Of a stretch of DNA of 64,000 nt, positions 21,438-29,828 are shown piece after piece. Below the pieces are notes generated by a model. The model saw nothing but the letters and a program-made list of their open reading frames with translations. It searched no databases and was not told the origin of the DNA. The stretch is from an uncultured Actinomycetota bacterium. Its GTDB lineage: Bacteria; Actinomycetota; Actinomycetes; Actinomycetales; Dermatophilaceae. The stretch is from contig CAWBEJ010000025.1 of assembly GCA_963787805.1 (NCBI GenBank), positions 30,475 through 94,474 on the forward strand. The letters run 5' to 3'. Each line of letters starts with the position of its first letter. The first letter of the stretch is position 1. The translations under genes and the position numbers were made by a program.

Positions 21438-22499
21438 TCAGGTGCGGGGCTGCTGCTGGGTGATGCAGTGGATGCCGCCGCCCCGGGCGAAGAGGGGGCG
21501 CGCGTCGACACCGACGACCTGCCGGCCGGCATACGCCCGTTCGAGCACGGCGAGGGAGTCGGCGTCCTGCGGGTCGTCGTAGGTGCAGGCGACGACCCCG
21601 TCGTTGACGACGAGGTGGTTGATGTATGACCAGTCGACCAGGCCCTCGTCGTCCTCGAGGGTCCTCGGCGCCGGGACGCGCACCACCTCCAGCGGCTCAC
21701 CGCGGGCGTCGCGCGCTGCGGACAGGAGGCCCTCCAGCTCGACGGACACCTCGTGGTCGGGGTGTGCGGTGTCGCCCTGCCAGTGCAGGAGCACGACCCC
21801 CGGGGAGGCGAAGGTCGCGACGATGTCGACGTGTCCGCGCGTGCCGAACTCGTCGTAGTCGCGGGTCAGCCCGCGCGGAAGCCAGATGCAGGTCGTCGCG
21901 CCGATGGTGCGCGCCATCTCCGCCTCGACGTCGGCGCGGGTGAGTCCGGGGTTGCGGCCCGGGTCGAGCTGCACCGTCTCGGTGAGCAGCACGGTGCCGA
22001 GGCCGTCGACGTGGATGCCGCCGCCCTCGTTGACGAGCTGGCTCGGGACCCGCGTCGCCCCAGCCCGGCCGGCGACGAACGTCCCGATCAGCTCGTCCCG
22101 CTCCCACGTCGCCCACGCCTGCGCGCCCCAGCCGTTGAACACCCAGTCGACGGCCCCGAGCTCGCCCGAGCGGGACACGACGAACGTCGGCCCGATGTCA
22201 CGCATCCACGCGTCGTCGAGCGGTGCCTCGAGCACGTCGACCCGATGCCTGCCGTGCCGACCCTCACCGACCCAGCGCCGTGCGACGCGGACATCGGAGG
22301 GGTCGACGACGAGCGTGACGGGTTCGAAGCGTGAGACGGCGAGCGCCACCTCCGACCACGTGGCACGGGCCTCGTCGGCATCCGCCTCGGTGTCGCCGAG
22401 GGTGTAGCCCGAGCTGGGCCACGCCATCCAGGTCCGCTCGTGCGACGCCCACTCGGCGGGCATCCGCCACGGCTCCGGAGATCCGGCAGACTGCGCCAC
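21438..22499 (-). CDS. aguA: Agmatine deiminase
   Basis: RMPAEW, DAWMRDIGP, FNGWG, EGGGIHVDG, GHVD, SYIN, GGGIHCITQQQP. Confidence 0.93.
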   Translation of the reverse strand: MAQSAGSPEPWRMPAEWASHERTWMAWPSSGYTLGDTEADADEARATWSEVALAVSRFEPVTLVVDPSDVRVARRWVGEGRHGRHRVDVLEAPLDDAWMRDIGPTFVVSRSGELGAVDWVFNGWGAQAWATWERDELIGTFVAGRAGATRVPSQLVNEGGGIHVDGLGTVLLTETVQLDPGRNPGLTRADVEAEMARTIGATTCIWLPRGLTRDYDEFGTRGHVDIVATFASPGVVLLHWQGDTAHPDHEVSVELEGLLSAARDARGEPLEVVRVPAPRTLEDDEGLVDWSYINHLVVNDGVVACTYDDPQDADSLAVLERAYAGRQVVGVDARPLFARGGGIHCITQQQPRT

Positions 22500-22501
22500 G
22501 G

Positions 22502-23482
22502 TCAGCCCTCCCGCCGGTGCTCGTCGCGGACCGGTTCGGTGAGCGCGGCGTAGGAGTCCGGGCGGCGGGTCGAGAGGAACGGGAAGAGGTCGAGCCAGTC
22601 CTGGCGCTGGGCGAGGTCGAGGTCGGCCACGAGCACGGCCGCCTCGTCGCGGGGCGCCTGCACGAGCACCCGCCCGTAGGGGTCGGCGACGAAGGACGAG
22701 CCGTAGAAGGTGATGAGCCCCTCGGTGCCGTAGCGGTTGGGCACGACGACGAAGAGGCCGTTGGCGATCGCGTGGCCCACGATGGTGTGCTGCCACAGCG
22801 GCTGGGTGTCGAAGTCGGGGTGGTCCGGCTCGGACCCGATCGCGGTCGGGTAGACGAGCACCTGGGCACCGGCCAGGCTGTACGCCCGCGCGACCTCCGG
22901 GAACCACTCGTCCCAGCAGGTCGGCATCCCGAGCCGCATCCTGGCGGAGGGGCCCGCGAGGTGGGCGAGGTCGTAGACGGGGTAGGCGTCCTCCGGCGGA
23001 CCCTGCCGGAAGTACTTGTCCTCGTGGTAGCCCGCCGTGACGGGGATGTGCGTCTTGCGGGTGCGCGCCACGACCTGACCGTCCGGCGCCACGAGCACCG
23101 CGGTGTTGAAGCCGAGGCCGTCGTCCGTTCCGTCGAGGGCGGGGGCCTTCTCGTAGAGAGAGGCGTGGACCAGCGCGCCCGACGTGGCCGCCGCCTCGCG
23201 CGCGAAGGTCACGGTCGGGCCGTTCTCCAGCGACTCGGCGGTCGCGTCGGGACGCCCGGACGGCAGTGCGTCGGCGGGGTAGCGCGACAGGGTGAGCTCC
23301 GGGAGGAACACGATGCGGGCGCCGGCATCAGCAGCGGTGCGGATGCCGTCGAGGAGGGTCGCCCGAAGGCGCTCGGCGTCCGCGTCCCAGGCGTGCTGGA
23401 CCAGACCCACCCGGACGGGGGGCTCGGCCGGCTCGTGCACCCGGGCGAGCGAGGCCGGCACCTCGGCGGTGATGAGACGCAT
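22502..23482 (-). CDS. Carbon-nitrogen hydrolase, probable N-carbamoylputrescine amidase
   Basis: FLPEL, RKTHIP, TCWDEWFPE (E-K-C triad), YPTAIGSEP; co-transcribed with agmatine deiminase. Confidence 0.85.
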   Translation of the reverse strand: MRLITAEVPASLARVHEPAEPPVRVGLVQHAWDADAERLRATLLDGIRTAADAGARIVFLPELTLSRYPADALPSGRPDATAESLENGPTVTFAREAAATSGALVHASLYEKAPALDGTDDGLGFNTAVLVAPDGQVVARTRKTHIPVTAGYHEDKYFRQGPPEDAYPVYDLAHLAGPSARMRLGMPTCWDEWFPEVARAYSLAGAQVLVYPTAIGSEPDHPDFDTQPLWQHTIVGHAIANGLFVVVPNRYGTEGLITFYGSSFVADPYGRVLVQAPRDEAAVLVADLDLAQRQDWLDLFPFLSTRRPDSYAALTEPVRDEHRREG

Positions 23483-23568
23483 GGCGGCCAGTATGCCGTC
23501 CGCCCGGCACCGCTCGAGGACGCGGAAACGGTGACCGGAGAAGGGGACGCCCGGCATACGATCTGCCG

Positions 23569-23790
23569 GTGCGTGTCTCCCGCTTCTGGACCCTCGTCGA
23601 GGACGAGTTCGGTGCCGCGTACGCCCACTCGTTGGCGCGCAGCCACGTCATGTCGTCGCTCGGCGGCCGAACGGCGGTCGAGGCGCTCGAGGCCGGCATC
23701 CCGCCCCGGGAGGTGTGGCTCGCGCTGTGCGCCGACATGGACGTGCCCGCGGACCGGCGCCTCGGACGTGATGTCCCCAGGAGCCGCTGA
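23569..23790 (+). CDS. DUF3046-family small protein
   Basis: MRVSRFW..EFG..Y....HV...LGGRT..EALEAG..PREVW.ALC; usual neighbour of recA. Confidence 0.85.
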   Translation: MRVSRFWTLVEDEFGAAYAHSLARSHVMSSLGGRTAVEALEAGIPPREVWLALCADMDVPADRRLGRDVPRSR

Positions 23791-23827
23791 GGCGGCGTGC
23801 CCGCAGGGCGGGGAATGCGGTGGAGGG

Positions 23828-23849
23828 TGTCGGGGTCGTCGTCTAGCGT
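23828..23849 (+). promoter_or_regulatory. PafBC/RecA-NDp-type promoter of ABC exporter operon
   Basis: TGTCGG-GGTCGTCGTC-TAGCGT, exact match to TGTCGG-N10-TAnnnT, 7 nt before GTG 23857. Confidence 0.7.
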
Positions 23850-23856
23850 CGTGCCG

Positions 23857-24786
23857 GTGACCGACGACGTCCTGCTGCGTGCACGGGGGTTGACCAAGCG
23901 CTTCGGCACCTTCACCGCGGTCGACGGCATCGACGTCGAGGTCCGCAGAGGTGAGGCATTCGGCTTCCTCGGACCCAACGGAGCAGGCAAGTCCTCGACG
24001 ATGCGGATGATCGGCTGCGTCTCCCCGGTGACCGAGGGCGAGCTGCGCATCCTCGACATGGACCCGGCCACCGACGGGGCCGCGATCCGCGCGCGGCTCG
24101 GGGTCTGCCCGCAGAGGGACATCCTCGACGAGGACCTCTCGGTCGAGGAGAACCTGTGGGTCTACGGGCGGTTCTTCGGTCTCAGCCGGACCGAGGTGCA
24201 CCGACGCGCCGACGAGCTGCTCCAGTTCGCCCAGCTGAGCGAGCGCCGCCGCGACAGGGTCGAGCCGCTCTCGGGCGGCATGAAGCGCCGCCTCACCATC
24301 GCCCGGAGCCTCATGAACAACCCCGAGGTGCTGCTCCTCGACGAGCCGACCACCGGCCTCGACCCGCAGGCGCGCCATGTTCTGTGGGACCGGCTGTTCC
24401 GGCTCAAGCGCGAGGGGGTCACCCTCATCATCACGACCCACTACATGGACGAGGCGGAGCAGCTGTGTGACCGGCTCGTCGTTCTGGACCACGGCCGGAT
24501 CGTCGCCGAGGGCAGCCCTCGCGCACTCATCGCCGAGCACTCGACCCGTGAGGTCGTGGAGCTCCGGTTCGACCCCGACGACCAGGAACGACACGTCGAT
24601 GGCGTGTCCGGGGTGGGGGAGCGCCTCGAGGTCCTGCCCGACCGCCTCCTCGTCTACGTCGACGACGGTGACGCGGCCCTGACGAGCCTGCACGCCCGCG
24701 GCGTGGAGCCCCTCTCCTCCCTCGTGCGGCGCTCCACGCTCGAGGACGTCTTCCTGCACCTCACCGGACGGACGCTGGTGGACTGA
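23857..24786 (+). CDS. ABC exporter ATP-binding protein (NodI/DrrA-like)
   Basis: GPNGAGKS, LSGGMKRRL, LLLDEPTTGLDPQAR, TTHYMDEAE. Confidence 0.93.
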   Translation: MTDDVLLRARGLTKRFGTFTAVDGIDVEVRRGEAFGFLGPNGAGKSSTMRMIGCVSPVTEGELRILDMDPATDGAAIRARLGVCPQRDILDEDLSVEENLWVYGRFFGLSRTEVHRRADELLQFAQLSERRRDRVEPLSGGMKRRLTIARSLMNNPEVLLLDEPTTGLDPQARHVLWDRLFRLKREGVTLIITTHYMDEAEQLCDRLVVLDHGRIVAEGSPRALIAEHSTREVVELRFDPDDQERHVDGVSGVGERLEVLPDRLLVYVDDGDAALTSLHARGVEPLSSLVRRSTLEDVFLHLTGRTLVD

Positions 24787-25640
24787 TGTCCGCGCCCGCC
24801 ACAGACCGCCTCACGGCGACCGCCTCGGCCAGCGGCCGCCTGGACACCGGGCCCCGTCCGGCCCTCTCGCAGGCCGAGCGCCTGGGCGCCGTCATGGGCC
24901 ACCACCTGCTCGTCTACCGGCGCACCTGGAAGGGATCGATCATCAATCGCTTCCTGTCGCCGTTGTTCTTCCTGCTCTCCATGGGCCTGGGCCTCGGCAC
25001 CCTGGTCGACGACGGCGCCGGCGGCGTCGACGGCGTCCCCTACCTCCAGTTCGTCGTGCCGGGCATCATCGCCGTCCAGGCCATGTGGCTGTCCTTCGGC
25101 GAGTCGACCTACGCCGTCTTCGGCTACATCCGGTGGAACCAGATGTACGCCGCCATGCTCGCGACGCCGCTGCGCGTCACCGAGGTCCTCGGCGGTCACC
25201 TCGCGGTGGTCGGGGTGCACCTCGTCGTCGCCACCACGATCTTCGTCGGCGTCGCCGCGCTGTTCGGGGCGTTCGCGTCCTGGTGGGTCCTCCTCACCAT
25301 CCCGGTCGGACTCCTGACGGGGCTCGCCTTCGCCGTCCCCACGTTCGCCCTCTCCGCGACGCTCGACAACGACAACGGGTTCAGCCTCCTCTACCGGTTC
25401 GTCGTCACCCCGCTCATGCTGTTCTCGGGCACCTTCTTCCCCATCGAGCAGCTGCCGGCGGTGCTCCGGCCGATCGCCTGGGGGACACCGCTGTGGCACG
25501 GGGTCGAGCTGAGCCGCGACGCCGCGACCGGCACGCCGCCGGGATGGCTGGGGGTGGGGCACCTCGGGATGCTGCTGCTCTACATCGGAGTCGGCTGGGT
25601 GCTGGCCCGCCGGCAGTTCTCGAGGAGGTTGGTCTCGTGA
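24786..25640 (+). CDS. ABC-2 type permease (NodJ/DrrB-like)
   Basis: YLQFVVPG, YAAMLATPL, LFSGTFFPI; 6 TM. Confidence 0.9.
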   Translation: MSAPATDRLTATASASGRLDTGPRPALSQAERLGAVMGHHLLVYRRTWKGSIINRFLSPLFFLLSMGLGLGTLVDDGAGGVDGVPYLQFVVPGIIAVQAMWLSFGESTYAVFGYIRWNQMYAAMLATPLRVTEVLGGHLAVVGVHLVVATTIFVGVAALFGAFASWWVLLTIPVGLLTGLAFAVPTFALSATLDNDNGFSLLYRFVVTPLMLFSGTFFPIEQLPAVLRPIAWGTPLWHGVELSRDAATGTPPGWLGVGHLGMLLLYIGVGWVLARRQFSRRLVS

Positions 25641-26455
25641 GCGTCGCGTCGGTGGCGACGCGCGCCTCCCGCGCGCTGCCCTTCCCCGCCGGCGTGGGAC
25701 TGGCCCGCCACGTGGTCGGACGCAACGTCGTCGCGTTCCGGCGGGCCTGGCTCCTCCTCATCAGCGGGTTCGCCGAGCCGGTCCTCTATCTCTTCTCGCT
25801 CGGCGTCGGCATCGGCGCCCTCGTCGGCGGCGTGACGACAGACGGCGGCACGACGGTGTCCTACGCGACGTTCGTCGCACCTGCGCTGCTGGCCGCGTCG
25901 GCGATGAACGGCGCCGTGTTCGACAGCACCTACAACGTGTTCTTCAAGCTGCGCTACCAGCGGCTCTACGACGCGATGCTGGCGACCCCGCTGGGTCCGC
26001 GGGACGTCGCGGTGGGTGAGATCACCTGGTCGTTGATGCGCGGGGCGCTCTACTCCTCGATGTTCCTCGTCGTGGCACTCGTGGCCGGGATGGTGCACTC
26101 GTGGTGGGCCCTGCTCGCACTTCCTGCGGCGGTCCTCATCGGCCTCGCGTTCGGCGCCGTGGGCATGTTCGCCACGACGTACATGAGCAGCTGGCAGCAC
26201 TTCGACTACGTCACGCTCGCCATCCAGCCGATGTTCCTCTTCTCGGCGACGTTCTTCCCGCTCTCCACCTACCCGGAGGCGCTCCAGTGGGTCGTGCGGG
26301 TGACGCCGCTCTACCACGGGGTCGCGCTCGAGCGCGGCCTCATGCTCGGTGAGGTCGGCTGGTCCCTCCTCGGCAACGCTGCCTACCTCGCGGTGCTCGG
26401 TGCCGTGGGCATCGTCGGGGCCTCGCGCCGGATCGGGCAGCTCCTGCTCACGTGA
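25637..26455 (+). CDS. ABC-2 type permease (second)
   Basis: EPVLYL, FVAPALLA, YDAMLATPL, FSATFFPL; GTG overlaps previous stop. Confidence 0.9.
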   Translation: MSVASVATRASRALPFPAGVGLARHVVGRNVVAFRRAWLLLISGFAEPVLYLFSLGVGIGALVGGVTTDGGTTVSYATFVAPALLAASAMNGAVFDSTYNVFFKLRYQRLYDAMLATPLGPRDVAVGEITWSLMRGALYSSMFLVVALVAGMVHSWWALLALPAAVLIGLAFGAVGMFATTYMSSWQHFDYVTLAIQPMFLFSATFFPLSTYPEALQWVVRVTPLYHGVALERGLMLGEVGWSLLGNAAYLAVLGAVGIVGASRRIGQLLLT

Positions 26456-26508
26456 GGAAGGGTGCGGATTCGCGAACGCCACGGCGTGTCGTCCGTGATC
26501 GCCGCACA

Positions 26509-26524
26509 TCGAACAGGTGTTCGG
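26509..26524. promoter_or_regulatory. LexA (SOS) box upstream of recA
   Basis: TCGAAC-AGGT-GTTCGG versus actinobacterial consensus TCGAAC-N4-GTTCGA; -10 TAGGGT at 26526-26531. Confidence 0.9.
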
Positions 26525-26591
26525 CTAGGGTCGTCCACAGGTGACGACCCCGACGGCCAACGTCCACAGGCCCACGGCAGCCGAGGACCAC

Positions 26592-26613
26592 TGTCAGTGC
26601 CGCCACCTAGCGT
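26592..26613 (+). promoter_or_regulatory. PafBC/RecA-NDp promoter of recA
   Basis: TGTCAG-TGCCGCCACC-TAGCGT. Confidence 0.85.
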
Positions 26614-26697
26614 CTGACCAGACCTCGCGACGAGACCGACGGCGAGAGACGGTCGCCGGTGGGCGCGTTCGCGTACGAGTGGAAGACAAGGTGTGAC

Positions 26698-27792
26698 ATG
26701 GCTGGTCCCAACGGCTCCCGCGGGAGCGTCCTCGCCCCCAACCCTCCGGCCGCTGCCCCTGGCGGTGAGCGGGACAAGGCCCTGAGCTCGGTCATGGCCC
26801 AGATCGAGAAGCAGCACGGCAAGGGCGCGGTCATGCGCCTCGGTGACGACGTCCGGCCCCCGATCGAGGTCATCCCCACCGGCTCGATCGCGCTCGACGT
26901 CGCGCTCGGCATCGGCGGTCTGCCCCGCGGCCGGGTGGTCGAGATCTACGGCCCGGAGAGCTCGGGCAAGACGACCGTGGCCCTGCACGCCGTCGCGAAC
27001 GCCCAGAAGGCCGGCGGCATCGCCGCCTTCATCGACGCCGAGCACGCGCTCGATCCCGAGTACGCGAAGAAGCTCGGCGTCGACACCGATGCCCTCCTCG
27101 TCTCCCAGCCCGACACCGGTGAGCAGGCACTCGAGATCGCGGACATGCTCATCCGCTCCGGCGCGCTCGACATCATCGTCATCGACTCGGTCGCGGCCCT
27201 CGTGCCGCGGGCGGAGATCGAGGGCGAGATGGGTGACAGCCACGTCGGGCTCCAGGCGCGCCTGATGTCCCAGGCCCTGCGCAAGATCACCGGTGCCCTC
27301 AACACGACGGGGACCACTGCGATCTTCATCAACCAGCTCCGCGAGAAGATCGGGGTGATGTTCGGCTCGCCCGAGACCACGACCGGTGGCAAGGCGCTGA
27401 AGTTCTACGCCTCGGTCCGCCTCGACGTGCGGCGCATCGAGACCCTCAAGGACGGCACCGACCCGGTCGGCAACCGCACGCGCTGCAAGGTCGTCAAGAA
27501 CAAGGTGTCCCCGCCGTTCAAGCAGGCGGAGTTCGACATCCTCTACGGCCAGGGCATCTCCCGCGAGGGTGGCCTCATCGACATGGGCGTCGACCACGGC
27601 TTCGTCCGCAAGGCCGGTGCCTGGTACACCTACGACGGCGACCAGCTGGGGCAGGGCAAGGAGAACGCCCGAGCGTTCCTCAAGGACAACCCCGACCTCG
27701 CCGACGAGATCGAGAAGAAGATCAAGGAGAAGCTCGGGGTGGGGCCGCGCGTCGACGCGCCGGCCGTTCCCGAGGTTCCGGTGGACTTCTGA
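26698..27792 (+). CDS. recA: Recombinase A (no intein)
   Basis: [35 protein letters not shown]. Confidence 0.99.
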   Translation: MAGPNGSRGSVLAPNPPAAAPGGERDKALSSVMAQIEKQHGKGAVMRLGDDVRPPIEVIPTGSIALDVALGIGGLPRGRVVEIYGPESSGKTTVALHAVANAQKAGGIAAFIDAEHALDPEYAKKLGVDTDALLVSQPDTGEQALEIADMLIRSGALDIIVIDSVAALVPRAEIEGEMGDSHVGLQARLMSQALRKITGALNTTGTTAIFINQLREKIGVMFGSPETTTGGKALKFYASVRLDVRRIETLKDGTDPVGNRTRCKVVKNKVSPPFKQAEFDILYGQGISREGGLIDMGVDHGFVRKAGAWYTYDGDQLGQGKENARAFLKDNPDLADEIEKKIKEKLGVGPRVDAPAVPEVPVDF

Positions 27793-27810
27793 CCACGAGG
27801 ACCGATCCGG

Positions 27811-28347
27811 ATGCTGTTCACCCCGGAGGATCCGGAGGCCGACCCGCGCACCCGCGGCAAGGGGGCCGACCCGTACGACTGGGCCCGCCAGATCGTGCTG
27901 CGTCAGCTCACCGCCGCACCTCGCAGCCGCGCCCAGCTCGAACAGGCGCTGCGCAGGAGGAGCTGCCCCGACGACATCGCCGCTGCGGTGCTCGACCGGA
28001 TGGAGGAGGTCGGGCTCGTCGACGACACGGCCTACGCCGGCATGCTCGTCCGCTCGCAACAGGCCAGTCGTGGGCTGGGGCGTCGCGCCCTCGTGCAGGA
28101 GCTGCACCGCAGGGGCGTTGACGAGCAGACCGCGAAGGCCGCGCTCGACGAGGTCGACCCGATCGACGAGGAGGACCGGGCTCGGGCGCTCGTGGCGAAG
28201 AGGATGCGCTCGATGTCGGGCCTGGACCCGGTGGTGCAGACCCGCCGGCTCGCCGGCATGCTTGCCCGTAAGGGCTACCCCGCCGCGCTGTCGATGCGCA
28301 TCGTGCGCGAGGCGGTCCGCGAGGCGCCCGAGCACCAACGCGACTGA
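27811..28347 (+). CDS. recX: Regulatory protein RecX
   Basis: LRQLT..PRSRAQL, GLVDD..YA, LARKGY; follows recA. Confidence 0.93.
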   Translation: MLFTPEDPEADPRTRGKGADPYDWARQIVLRQLTAAPRSRAQLEQALRRRSCPDDIAAAVLDRMEEVGLVDDTAYAGMLVRSQQASRGLGRRALVQELHRRGVDEQTAKAALDEVDPIDEEDRARALVAKRMRSMSGLDPVVQTRRLAGMLARKGYPAALSMRIVREAVREAPEHQRD

Positions 28348-28474
28348 GGATGATGGCTGACGGGCGACGAGGCCCGTCGAGCTCGAACGGGTGCCAGTCG
28401 CGCATCTGGGCGCGCGCTCGGCACCGCGCCAGACCGCGCGCAGTTGCCAACGGGTCCGAGACGGTGACGGTGCC

Positions 28475-28885
28475 TCAGATTGAGTGCAGCGGGCGGTCCT
28501 CCGCCGGGAGTGTGTCGGCGGGGACGATCTGCTTGCCGTAGGGCACGAGCGAGATGGGGATCATCTTGAGGTTGGCGATCGCGAGTGGGATTCCGATGAT
28601 CGTGATGGCCTGCACGACCGCCGTCACCACGTGCCCGAGGGCCAGCCACCAGCCGGCCAGCACGATCCACACGACGTTGAGCACGACGGCCCCGGCGCCG
28701 GCATCCGGCTTGCGCACCACGGCGCGACCGAACGGCCACAGGGCGTAGCTCGCCATCCGGAACGAGGCCACACCCAAGGGAATCGTCACGATGAGGACGC
28801 AGAACAGCACTCCGGCCACGGCGTAGCCGATCGCGAGCCAGATGCCGCCGAAGACGAGCCAGATGATGTTGAGCAGGGTGCGCAC
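28475..28885 (-). CDS. YccF-domain inner membrane protein
   Basis: LLNIIWLVFGG..ALWPFG repeated twice; IIGIPLA. Confidence 0.9.
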   Translation of the reverse strand: MRTLLNIIWLVFGGIWLAIGYAVAGVLFCVLIVTIPLGVASFRMASYALWPFGRAVVRKPDAGAGAVVLNVVWIVLAGWWLALGHVVTAVVQAITIIGIPLAIANLKMIPISLVPYGKQIVPADTLPAEDRPLHSI

Positions 28886-28949
28886 GAACGGTCCTCTCAC
28901 GAATGCCGATGCCGTGTCCAGCCTGTCATGCGGCCCCTGCTGACATGAC

Positions 28950-29408
28950 TCAGGCCAGCGAGAGCCGGGCGACGACCTCGCCGTCCTGCTCCTCGCCGGT
29001 CTCGACGAAACCGAGGCTGGCATACAGCTGCCTCGCGACCACGTTCTCGGGCTGGTACGACAGGGCGAACTCGGTCCGGCCGGTCTCGGTCCGGAGCAGG
29101 CTCAGCGCATGAACGACGGCGGCGCGGCCCAGCCCGCGGCCCTGGTGGGTCGCGTCGACGAGGATGCCGCCGAGCCAGCAGCTTCCGTCGGCGTCGTCGA
29201 CACCCCACATGAGGAACCCGACGACCGAACCGGACGCGTCGTGCACCGACATCGGGTGCCACACGTCCCCGTATGCGCACATCGCGAGGTAGTACGTCGG
29301 CGCCGCAACGAAGCGCTGCTGTTCGGGGGTGACGGTGAGGCGCGCCACGTCGCGCCAGGTCTCGCGGTCCACCGGATGAAGGGTCACCGCGTCCGTGGTG
29401 TCGCGCAC
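28950..29408 (-). CDS. GNAT acetyltransferase (spermidine/spermine N-acetyltransferase-like)
   Basis: PEQQRFVA, HQGRGLG, SYQPEN..A..LYASLGF. Confidence 0.85.
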   Translation of the reverse strand: MRDTTDAVTLHPVDRETWRDVARLTVTPEQQRFVAAPTYYLAMCAYGDVWHPMSVHDASGSVVGFLMWGVDDADGSCWLGGILVDATHQGRGLGRAAVVHALSLLRTETGRTEFALSYQPENVVARQLYASLGFVETGEEQDGEVVARLSLA

Positions 29409-29504
29409 CCCGGCAGCCTAGGCGTCCCGGCGACCGACGAGCCAGTACCGCAAGCGGCGCCTCCCTCACTACGGTGGGCAGGACCCAACGAGAGGAGAGC
29501 AGTG

Positions 29505-29780
29505 ATGAACACCATCACGCGGGACGGTGCGACATGGGAACTCAGAGCACCCCGGGAGGTCCACTACTCGACGCGCAGGGAGGACGGGCACGTGTTCCTT
29601 CACGCCAACCCCAAGTGCACTCACCTCGCCACGGCCGACGCGGTGGTCCTGTCCCCCAAGATCGTGAAGACCCTCTGGGAGAAGGACGTCGAGGCCGGCA
29701 GCAGCGCCGACGACAACGACGTGCAGTGGTGCGAGAGCTGCGCGACGCGGAGGGTGGACACTGGGGACGAGCCGCGCTAG
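29505..29780 (+). CDS. Small hypothetical protein (91 aa) with H-x4-C ... CxxC putative Zn site
   Basis: RBS GAGGAG, GC3-rich codons, HANPKC and WCESC. Confidence 0.7.
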   Translation: MNTITRDGATWELRAPREVHYSTRREDGHVFLHANPKCTHLATADAVVLSPKIVKTLWEKDVEAGSSADDNDVQWCESCATRRVDTGDEPR

Positions 29781-29828
29781 CGCACGGCGCGCGCCTGTGA
29801 TGGCCACGCGGCATACCCTTGACCCGCC

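Noticed and set aside
26698-27792. Possible intein in RecA
   Set aside because: Normal length (364 aa) with contiguous motifs.
28348-28474. GC-rich imperfect hairpins between convergent recX and yccF
   Set aside because: Probably a terminator region; no second copy in the window to support a REP/MITE or sRNA call.
28924-28945. TGTCA-N12-TGACA inverted repeat upstream of yccF
   Set aside because: Does not fit PafBC spacing, arms are short and there is no adjacent regulator; could be chance or a weak terminator.
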